Origin: Actinomycetota bacterium
Lineage (GTDB): Bacteria > Actinomycetota > Actinomycetes > S36-B12
Length of the DNA: 64,000 nt
Direction: 5' to 3'
Assembly (NCBI GenBank): GCA_017856385.1
Contig: JAFMFD010000004.1
Span: forward strand, 2,828-66,827
Shown here in pieces: positions 1-7,032 of this stretch. The position numbers and the translations under genes were made by a program. The notes under the pieces are model-generated. The model made no database searches. It was not told the DNA's origin and saw nothing but the letters and a program-made list of their open reading frames with translations. Positions within the stretch are counted from its first letter, which is position 1; every line of letters begins with the position of its first letter.

Positions 1-161
1 GACAGCTCGGTGACTCCGATCTCGCGCCGGCCGTAGGAGAACTCCTTGAGCACGCGGGCCGCGTTCCGCACGCTCGACAGCGACGAGTGCTGCCGGCCCT
101 CGCCTCCCTCCCTGACCTCGGGTGGATCCGCTGACGGCTCCTCGCGCGCACCGGGGGTCAT
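1..161 (-). CDS. IclR-family transcriptional regulator, N-terminal part only (gene continues past the left edge)
   Basis: Own minus-strand translation from ATG at 161: MTPGAREEPSADPPEVREGGEGRQHSSLSSVRNAARVLKEFSYGRREIGVTELS. This fits the winged-helix N-terminus pattern of IclR regulators. There is an ATGA start/stop overlap (158-161) with the upstream ORF. It is absent from the ORF track because it is truncated. Confidence 0.55.
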   Translation of the reverse strand, partial: MTPGAREEPSADPPEVREGGEGRQHSSLSSVRNAARVLKEFSYGRREIGVTEL

Positions 162-862
162 CGGGGCTCCCGGGAGACGGCCAGCAGTCGTCGTCGTGAC
201 TGCTCCGGAGGTGTGGTGGACAGGTCCCAGCCGGCGAGCTGGTCGTCGCCCGGTGCGATGGCTCGCGCGAGGAGCAGGGTGGCGGCACCGAGGTCGGACA
301 GCTCGGCGGCGCGCATCTCGGCGACGAGCCGCTCCTGGCGGGGGAGCAGGTGGGTGAGGGCGTCGTAGTCGCGGACGGCTGCCGCATGCGTGTGGGCCAG
401 GCCGGTTCCCGCGTGCTGCGCGTGATGGGCGGTCAGGCCCCCGCCCGGCGGCACCGTCAGGTGGTAGACGATCGTGCTCAGCCCCAGGAGCCCCCGGATC
501 CGCTCTCCGGAGCCGGGTGAGGTGTCGTCCAGCATGCCCAGGGCGGGCAGCACGACCGGGTCGAAGAAGCGCACGACCCACTCCAGGTCCCCCTCGCGCC
601 CGTCGATCACGACCTCGGGGCCGGCAGGTGCGGGCAGGGCGTCGGTCGTCCCGACCACGTGCAGGTTGCGGGCCCCGACAGCGGCGACCGTGAAGCGGCC
701 GGCGCGCAGGAGGGGCAGCCGGGCGCGGTCCCCGGGGGTCAGTCCGACGATGGCGTCGAGGTAGGCGCGGTGGAGCGAGGCGATGTAGGCGGCCATCGCC
801 GCGCGCATCCCGGCCGGGTCACCTGCAGGCCCTCCCCGCTCCGTGGGCACCTCGGGCTCCAT
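158..862 (-). CDS. hypothetical protein, family not recognised; apparently co-transcribed with the IclR gene
   Basis: ORF 158..961 trimmed to the ATG at 862 (MEPEVPTERGG...). Composition is coding-like. Its stop overlaps the IclR start. I recognise no motif. Start is uncertain; MRAAMAAY is an alternative. Confidence 0.45.
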   Translation of the reverse strand: MEPEVPTERGGPAGDPAGMRAAMAAYIASLHRAYLDAIVGLTPGDRARLPLLRAGRFTVAAVGARNLHVVGTTDALPAPAGPEVVIDGREGDLEWVVRFFDPVVLPALGMLDDTSPGSGERIRGLLGLSTIVYHLTVPPGGGLTAHHAQHAGTGLAHTHAAAVRDYDALTHLLPRQERLVAEMRAAELSDLGAATLLLARAIAPGDDQLAGWDLSTTPPEQSRRRLLAVSREPR

Positions 863-884
863 GGGCCCGGACGCTAGCACGAGC

Positions 885-946
885 GTCCCGCATATGGGGA
901 CATTGTGCTTCCATGCGGGACACCCTGTGCCTAGCCTCCCGCACAT
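885..946. promoter_or_regulatory. candidate operator: three copies of TCCCGCA(T/C)AT-like half-sites in the divergent intergenic region
   Basis: tcccgcatat at 886-895 and tcccgcacat at 937-946, both direct. atgcggga at 913-920 is the inverted copy. Together gtcccgcat (885-893) and atgcgggac (913-921) form a 9-nt inverted repeat with a 19-nt spacer. The sites lie between the divergent starts at 862 and 1006. Confidence 0.4.
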
Positions 947-1005
947 CGTGGTCTTGGTCACATGCCACCGCGACAGGACCGCACAGCGAGCAGACCGGAG
1001 GAGCC

Positions 1006-1914
1006 ATGGGAATCCTGCGCTTGGGCCACGTCGACGTCACGGTGACCGATCTGGACCTGGCCACGGCGTACTACACCGAGGTGATCGGGCTGCTCGAGGT
1101 CGAGCGCGACGACGACTCGGTCTACCTCAAGTGCTGGGACGAGCCCAACCACCACTCCCTCCGGCTCATCTACGGCCCGCGGGTCGGCTTCGACCAGATG
1201 TCCTTCAAGGTCGAGCGGGAGTCCGACCTCGACGACTTCGAGAACGCCGTCCAGCGCTACGGGTTCCCCGTCCGCCGCGTCTCCAAGGGCGAGTCGGTGG
1301 GCCAGGGGGAGTCGATCCGGTTCGAGACGCCCTCGGGCCAGCAGATGGAACTGGTCCACGACGTCGAGATGACCGGCCGCGCGACGGCACGCATCAACCC
1401 TGCTCCCTTCGTGGAGGGACTGCGGGGCATCGCACCTCCACGGCTGGACCACGTGCTGGTGACCGCGGAGGAGGTGGGCGACTCGGCGCAGTTCTACCAG
1501 GACGTGTTCGGGTTCCGCCTGACCGAGCAGCTCATCGACGGGGCTGGGCACCAGATGGCGGTCTGGATGGAGACGTCCGGCCGCCCGCACGACCTCGCCA
1601 TCGTGTCGGGTCGCAACGGCGGCCTGCACCACTTCGCGTGGTGGCTCGACGACTGGGATCACGTGCGCAAGTCGGCCGACATCCTCGCCTACAACGGGAT
1701 CCAGATCGACGTCGGTCCGACGCGCCACGGGATCACCCGCGGCAACACCATCTACTTCTTCGACCCACTGGGCACGCGCAACGAGGTGTTCACCGGCGGC
1801 TATAAGCCCGATCCGGACTTCCCGACCATCACCTGGACCGAGGACAACATCGGCCGGGCCGTCTTCTACTACGAGGGTGAAGTGAACCAGCGCTTCATGA
1901 CGGTGCACACATGA
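1006..1914 (+). CDS. type I extradiol dioxygenase (catechol 2,3-dioxygenase-like, VOC superfamily), paralog 1
   Basis: ORF 913..1914 trimmed to ATG 1006, preceded by GGAGGAG at 997-1003. Two-domain VOC layout with LDHVLV, GLHHFAWW and FFDPLGTRNEVF, the His/His/Glu positions typical of Fe(II) extradiol enzymes. Confidence 0.85.
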   Translation: MGILRLGHVDVTVTDLDLATAYYTEVIGLLEVERDDDSVYLKCWDEPNHHSLRLIYGPRVGFDQMSFKVERESDLDDFENAVQRYGFPVRRVSKGESVGQGESIRFETPSGQQMELVHDVEMTGRATARINPAPFVEGLRGIAPPRLDHVLVTAEEVGDSAQFYQDVFGFRLTEQLIDGAGHQMAVWMETSGRPHDLAIVSGRNGGLHHFAWWLDDWDHVRKSADILAYNGIQIDVGPTRHGITRGNTIYFFDPLGTRNEVFTGGYKPDPDFPTITWTEDNIGRAVFYYEGEVNQRFMTVHT

Positions 1915-2822
1915 GCATCCTGAGACTTTCCCATGTCGAGATCCGCGTGCCGGATCTCGAGTTGGCCACCGCGTACTACACCGAGGTGGTCGGCATGTAC
2001 GAGACCGCCCGGGAGCCCGACCGCGTCTTCCTGAAGTGCTGGGACGAGCACCAGCACCACTCGCTCATCCTCACGTTCGCGCCCACCTACGGCCTGAACC
2101 ACATGGGCTGGAAGGTCTCCGAGCGTGCAGACCTCGACCACTACGCCGGTCGCCTCGAGGCCGCGGGCGTCGATGTCGTGCGCTTCGCCGCCGGCGAGAT
2201 AGGACCCGGACACGGCGAGGCCATCCGCTTCACGATGCCGAGCGGCCATGTGATGGAGCTCGTCCACGGCATGGAGCAGGTCGGGAACCTGCTGCCCAAC
2301 ACCAACCCCCCGCCGCGGCCCATCGGCCTCGTGGGATTCGCGCCGCCGCGCCTGGACCACGTGTTCCTCACCTGCGAGGACGTCGCGGGCAACACGTCCT
2401 TCCTCGTCGACGTGCTCGACTTCCACCTGACGGAGCAGATCCTCGGTGACGACGGGTTCCAGGTGGCGACGTGGCTGGAGCACTCGCACCACAGCCACGA
2501 CATCGCCCTGGTCACCGGGCAGGACCGGGGCCTGCACCACTTCGCGTGGTGGGTCGACGACTGGAATGCGATCCGTGAGGTAGCCGACGTTCTCGCGTAC
2601 CACGGTGTGCGGATCGAGACGAACCCGACGCGGCACGGTGCCACGCGTGGCCACTGCATCTACTTCTTCGACCCGGCGGGCAACCGCAACGAGGCGTTCA
2701 CCGGTGGCTACTGGGTCGACCCGGACGAGCCGCCCGTCACGTGGACCGAGGCGGAGATGGGGCGAGCCATCTTCTACTACGACGGCGTCGTGAACCAGCG
2801 ATTCCTGACCGTGCACAGCTGA
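1911..2822 (+). CDS. type I extradiol dioxygenase (catechol 2,3-dioxygenase-like), paralog 2
   Basis: ATGA overlap with paralog 1 at 1911-1914. Motifs LDHVFL, GLHHFAWW and FFDPAGNRNEAF. Collinear with paralog 1 over the full length. Confidence 0.85.
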   Translation: MSILRLSHVEIRVPDLELATAYYTEVVGMYETAREPDRVFLKCWDEHQHHSLILTFAPTYGLNHMGWKVSERADLDHYAGRLEAAGVDVVRFAAGEIGPGHGEAIRFTMPSGHVMELVHGMEQVGNLLPNTNPPPRPIGLVGFAPPRLDHVFLTCEDVAGNTSFLVDVLDFHLTEQILGDDGFQVATWLEHSHHSHDIALVTGQDRGLHHFAWWVDDWNAIREVADVLAYHGVRIETNPTRHGATRGHCIYFFDPAGNRNEAFTGGYWVDPDEPPVTWTEAEMGRAIFYYDGVVNQRFLTVHS

Positions 2823-2828
2823 GAGGCG

Positions 2829-3950
2829 ATGATGACGACATCCGAGCTCCAGCCGCCGGCCGCGCTCCCGCGGACCGAGCGCAACGATGCTCCGGCCTAC
2901 CTGCAGCGCTACCTCGACCGCGAGGGCCGCGGTGGCAAGCCGCACGAGGTGGACGATCGCGGTGGCGAGTCGGATGCGCCGCTCTACCTGCGCCGCTTCC
3001 GCGACCGGCGTACGGGAGCGAACCCGCTCGAGCAGCCCGTGCCCGAGTGGCAGGGCTCGGACCTCGGCGTCACGCAGGCCCGCGCCCGCCAGACGAAGTC
3101 CAAGGAGATCGTGCCGCCCGACACCGCTGCCGCCGGACCCAGGACGGTCACGCAGGTGCACATCATCCGGCATGGCGAGACCCAGGGGTACAGCACCGAG
3201 AGCGGGCTCACCCCGCTCGGCAGCTGGCAGGCCCACCGTCGCGGCTTCGACATCAGCAAGGGCGTGCGTGAGGGCGAGCGCATCCGGATCGTGTGCGCGG
3301 AGACCAACCGCGCCCGGCAGACCGCGGAGCAGATCCGCAAGGGCCTGCTCGACGGCCTGACCATGTGGGGACGCTCGGCGGACGTCTCGGCCGAGATCGA
3401 GGGCATGGAGGAGTTCCGCAACTTCCAGGTCTGGACCCCGGAGGGACTGCGCGACGTCACGGGGGCCTTCCGGCTCTACCAGAAGGAGATGGAGCGGTAC
3501 GAGCGGGTGGCGCACGGTGATCGCCCGCTGTGGCTGGTCGAGATCGACCGGTTCTGGCGGACCCAGCAGGGCGGCGGCGACCCCATCACGTACTGGACGC
3601 AGATACCGATGCTGTGCTTCGAGCCGCCGTCGGCCACCATCCGCCGATTCTGGGCCGGCATCCGTCGTGTGCGCGAGGGGACCCCCGGCGACCGCATCAT
3701 CGTCGCGACGCACTCCGGGCCCATCCGCGTCTTCGCGATGGCCGCCCACGGGTACGACCCTGGCGAGCCCTACAACACCGAGGAGGTCATCGTGAAGCTC
3801 CTCGAGGGTGACACCGGGGCCTTCCTGGCGTACCGGAACCGGGTCTCCGAGGTGCAGGTGCCGGCGCTGGACGAGCTGCCGGACTGGTGGGAGGGGCTGT
3901 CGGGCAGCGCTGTGCCCTCATCCCTGAGGGCGAAGGAGGTCTCGGCATGA
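2829..3950 (+). CDS. histidine phosphatase superfamily protein with an N-terminal extension of about 110 aa
   Basis: IIRHGETQGY (RHG catalytic motif) at about aa 112-121 and VATHSGPIR later in the protein. The N-terminal extension carries an internal repeat, APAYLQRYLDR / APLYLRRFRDR. Confidence 0.75.
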   Translation: MMTTSELQPPAALPRTERNDAPAYLQRYLDREGRGGKPHEVDDRGGESDAPLYLRRFRDRRTGANPLEQPVPEWQGSDLGVTQARARQTKSKEIVPPDTAAAGPRTVTQVHIIRHGETQGYSTESGLTPLGSWQAHRRGFDISKGVREGERIRIVCAETNRARQTAEQIRKGLLDGLTMWGRSADVSAEIEGMEEFRNFQVWTPEGLRDVTGAFRLYQKEMERYERVAHGDRPLWLVEIDRFWRTQQGGGDPITYWTQIPMLCFEPPSATIRRFWAGIRRVREGTPGDRIIVATHSGPIRVFAMAAHGYDPGEPYNTEEVIVKLLEGDTGAFLAYRNRVSEVQVPALDELPDWWEGLSGSAVPSSLRAKEVSA

Positions 3951-5026
3951 GCGGCTACGTGATGTGGTTCGAGGGCTACTGGGAGGGCCTGAAGCCGGAG
4001 GTCGGCGGCAAGGCGGCGAGCCTGGGGGAGATGACCGGCGCCGGCCTGCCGGTGCCACCCGGCTTCGCCCTGACCACGGCGGCGTTCCGGGACTCGCGTG
4101 ATGCGGCCGACCTCGACGCGACGCTCGCGCGACTGCTGCACGGCCTCGACACTGACGACACGGGCATGGTCGCGGACCGCTGCGGGCAGATCCGCGAGCA
4201 GATCACCCGGATGCCGGTCCCTGCGAACGTGGAGCAGTCGCTGCGGGACGCCTACGCGGAACTGTGCCGCCGCTGCGGGGTGTCCGACGTCCCCGTCGCC
4301 GTCCGGTCGTCGGCGACCAGCGAGGACTCCCCGGACGCCTCCTTCGCAGGCGAGCACGACACATACCTGTGGGTGCGCGGTGCAGATGATGTCGTGGACG
4401 CCGTGCGGCGCTGCTGGGCGTCCCTGTTCACCGATCGCGCCACCTGCTACCGCGTCGAGATGGGCTACGAGCACCGCACGGTGGAGATGAGCGTGGTGAT
4501 CCAGAAGATGGTCCGCCCGGTGTCCGCCGGGGTGGCCTTCACGCTCAACCCGTCGGACGGCGACCGTTCGACGATCGCCATCGACTCGGCCTGGGGGTTC
4601 GGCGAGGGTGTCGTCTCCGGTGAAGTCACCCCTGACAACTTCCTCGTCGACAAGGTCCTGTACGAGATCACCCGGCGGCGTGTCTGCGCCAAGGAGGTCG
4701 AGTTCACGCTCGACGGCGGTGATCGCGTCGTCAAGAGGCCACTGGAGGGGGAGCGCGCATCCGCCGCATCCCTTACCGACGACCAGATCAAGGCCATCGC
4801 GCGCCTGGCCCGCACCGCCGAGCGGCACTACGGATGCCCGCAGGACATCGAGTGGGCCGTCGACGCCGACCTCGGACAGGACAGCGCGATCGTGCTGCTC
4901 CAGGCGCGGCCCGAGACGGTGTGGAGCAAGAAGTCGGCAGAAGCCCCGTCTCCCGCAGCCGGAGCAGACATGATGTCCAGCATCGTCTCCACGCTCATGA
5001 ACCCGCTGAACAGTCGCAAGAGCTAG
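3947..5026 (+). CDS. PEP/pyruvate-binding (PPDK N-terminal, ATP-grasp) domain protein; ATP-binding subunit of a split PEP-synthase-like kinase (PpsB-like)
   Basis: ORF 3887..5026 trimmed to ATG 3947 (ATGA overlap with the upstream stop). Motifs GGKAASLGEM, VAVRSSATSEDSPDASFAGEHDTYL, SVVIQKMV and QDIEWAVD are typical of the nucleotide-binding domain of PEP synthase and PPDK. Confidence 0.85.
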   Translation: MSGYVMWFEGYWEGLKPEVGGKAASLGEMTGAGLPVPPGFALTTAAFRDSRDAADLDATLARLLHGLDTDDTGMVADRCGQIREQITRMPVPANVEQSLRDAYAELCRRCGVSDVPVAVRSSATSEDSPDASFAGEHDTYLWVRGADDVVDAVRRCWASLFTDRATCYRVEMGYEHRTVEMSVVIQKMVRPVSAGVAFTLNPSDGDRSTIAIDSAWGFGEGVVSGEVTPDNFLVDKVLYEITRRRVCAKEVEFTLDGGDRVVKRPLEGERASAASLTDDQIKAIARLARTAERHYGCPQDIEWAVDADLGQDSAIVLLQARPETVWSKKSAEAPSPAAGADMMSSIVSTLMNPLNSRKS

Positions 5027-5087
5027 CACAGCACGAGCCCCAGCACGGTACGACCCACCACCAGTCACGACACTCAAGGGAGTTCGC

Positions 5088-6896
5088 ATGGCAGATCGGT
5101 TCCCCAGCCCCTTCGACATCGCGGCACCCGAGGGTGCCGAGGGTTGGCAGCAGCTGTACACCTATTCGTCGCTGTTCTCCGAGGGGCGACGCGCATATGA
5201 GGACTCCATGTTCTGGTTCCAGGACGGCGTCCACTGGCCCACGGCCCTGCGCCCCTGGGACGCGACGCTGTTCGAGTACGCGATCACATCGCTCTCGCAG
5301 TACAACACCCGGCACCTGCAGGTCCCGCCTGCCAACGGCATCGACTTCCGGATCCTGAACGGCTACGCCTACCTCACTCCTGTTCCGGCCCCGGAGGCCG
5401 ACATCGAGGCCCGCGTGGCGAACTTCATGGATCGTGCCGGCTTCTACTTCATGAACTGGAACGACCTGTACGACAAGTGGATGGTGAAGATCCGCGATCT
5501 CGTCAAGGAGCTCGAGACCATCGACTTCGACCCGCTGCCCGAGCTCGAGGACGCTGACGGCATCGTCAAGTCGGGTGCGGGCCTGGGATCCGGCTGGAAG
5601 ATCCAGGCCGACTACCACAAGCTCCTGGACCTCGCGCTCAAGCTGTGGCAGTACCACTTCGAGTTTCTCAACCTCGGCTATGCGGCCTACTTGGACTTCT
5701 TCGGCTTCTGCAAGCAGTCCTGGCCGAACATCCCGGACCTGGCGATCGCCAAGATGGTCGCCGGTGTCGAGGTCGACCTGTTCCGTCCGGACGAGGAGCT
5801 GAAGCGCCTTGCGCGCCTCGCCCTCGACTCGGGAATTGCCGAGGCGTTCGCCACGGGCGATGTGGACGCCACATGCCAGATCCTCAAGGGCAGCGACGCG
5901 GGCAACGCCTGGATCGCCTCGTTCCAGGAGTCCGCGGAGCCGTGGTTCAACTTCTCGACCGGCTCGGGCTTCTACCACTCCGACAAGATCTGGATCGAGA
6001 ACGTCGAGATCCCGTTCGACTTCATCAGCAACTACATCAGCAAGCTGCAGAAGGGCGAGGATCTCGCGCGGCCGATGGAGGCCATCCGGGCGGAGCGCGA
6101 CCGGATCGTCAACGAGTACGCCGAGCTGCTCCCCAGCGATGCGGACCGCGAGGCATTCCAGGGCAAGCTGGGCCTGGCCCGCGTGGTGTTCCCGTACGTC
6201 GAGAACCACAACTTCTACGTCGAGCACTGGAGCCATTCGGTGATCTGGCGGAAGATGCGCCAGCTGGGCGAGCTGTTCGTCAAGGAGGGCTTCTGGACCG
6301 AGGCGAACGACATCTTCTTCCTCAAGCGCACCGAGGTGGAGGACGCCCTGTTCGACTACTTCCACTCGTGGGCGACCCCGGCCCCCGCGGCCGGTCCCTC
6401 CCACTGGCCGCAGGAGATCGAGCGGCGCCGGAGGATCCACTCGGCCCTCGCCGCGTGGAAGCCGACGCCGGCGATGGGCGTGCCGCCGGAGGTCATCACC
6501 GAGCCGTTCACCGTCATGCTGTGGGGCATCACCACCGACAGCGTTAGCGCCTGGCTCGGCGGCGGAGCGGGCGAGGACGGCGAGCTGCGCGGCATGTCGG
6601 CCTCGCCGGGCGTCGTCGAGGGCCTGGCCCGGGTCATCTTCTCCCCGGACCAGATCAGCGAGGTCCAGGAGGGCGAGATCCTGGTCGCCCCCCTCACGGC
6701 ACCGTCGTGGGCGCCCATCTTCGGCAAGATCCAGGCGACCGTCACGGACACCGGCGGCATGATGAGCCACGCCGCCATCGTCTGCCGCGAGTACGGCCTC
6801 CCGGCTGTCACCGGTACCGGGTTTGCCACGTCGACGATCAAGACGGGCGACCGGATCCGCGTCGACGGCACCAACGGCGTGGTCACGCTGGTCTGA
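5088..6896 (+). CDS. PEP-utilising enzyme mobile (swivel His) domain protein with a large unassigned N-terminal domain (PpsA-like subunit)
   Basis: C-terminal SPGVVEGLARVI...EGEILVAPLTAPSWAPIF...TDTGGMMSHAAIVCREYGLPAVTG is the phosphohistidine swivel domain. The first roughly 480 aa match no family I recognise. AAGGGAG lies upstream of the ATG. Confidence 0.85.
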   Translation: MADRFPSPFDIAAPEGAEGWQQLYTYSSLFSEGRRAYEDSMFWFQDGVHWPTALRPWDATLFEYAITSLSQYNTRHLQVPPANGIDFRILNGYAYLTPVPAPEADIEARVANFMDRAGFYFMNWNDLYDKWMVKIRDLVKELETIDFDPLPELEDADGIVKSGAGLGSGWKIQADYHKLLDLALKLWQYHFEFLNLGYAAYLDFFGFCKQSWPNIPDLAIAKMVAGVEVDLFRPDEELKRLARLALDSGIAEAFATGDVDATCQILKGSDAGNAWIASFQESAEPWFNFSTGSGFYHSDKIWIENVEIPFDFISNYISKLQKGEDLARPMEAIRAERDRIVNEYAELLPSDADREAFQGKLGLARVVFPYVENHNFYVEHWSHSVIWRKMRQLGELFVKEGFWTEANDIFFLKRTEVEDALFDYFHSWATPAPAAGPSHWPQEIERRRRIHSALAAWKPTPAMGVPPEVITEPFTVMLWGITTDSVSAWLGGGAGEDGELRGMSASPGVVEGLARVIFSPDQISEVQEGEILVAPLTAPSWAPIFGKIQATVTDTGGMMSHAAIVCREYGLPAVTGTGFATSTIKTGDRIRVDGTNGVVTLV

Positions 6897-6916
6897 CCAC
6901 CGAGCACTGCACCATG

Positions 6917-6959
6917 GGTTCCGTCGGGCGGGAGGCACCAGGGCCCGCCCGACGGAACC
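6917..6959 (+). terminator. perfect 16-bp-stem hairpin (possible terminator, attenuator or processing site) between the kinase genes and the Rieske oxygenase
   Basis: ggttccgtcgggcggg (6917-6932) pairs with cccgcccgacggaacc (6944-6959), leaving an 11-nt loop. There is no T-tract. It sits 21 nt after the stop at 6896. Confidence 0.5.
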
Positions 6960-7032
6960 GCGTAGGGATCCAACAGCCTGCACGGCACTCACCACCGATC
7001 GATGCACCACCGCACCACGAGAGGACACCACG

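Noticed and set aside
1869-3749. 626-aa minus-strand ORF antisense to the second dioxygenase and the histidine phosphatase
   Set aside because: Its composition is low-complexity and rich in Arg, Gly, Ala and Pro, with no motifs. It lies fully antisense to two ORFs with clear family signatures. This is the typical shadow ORF of high-GC DNA.
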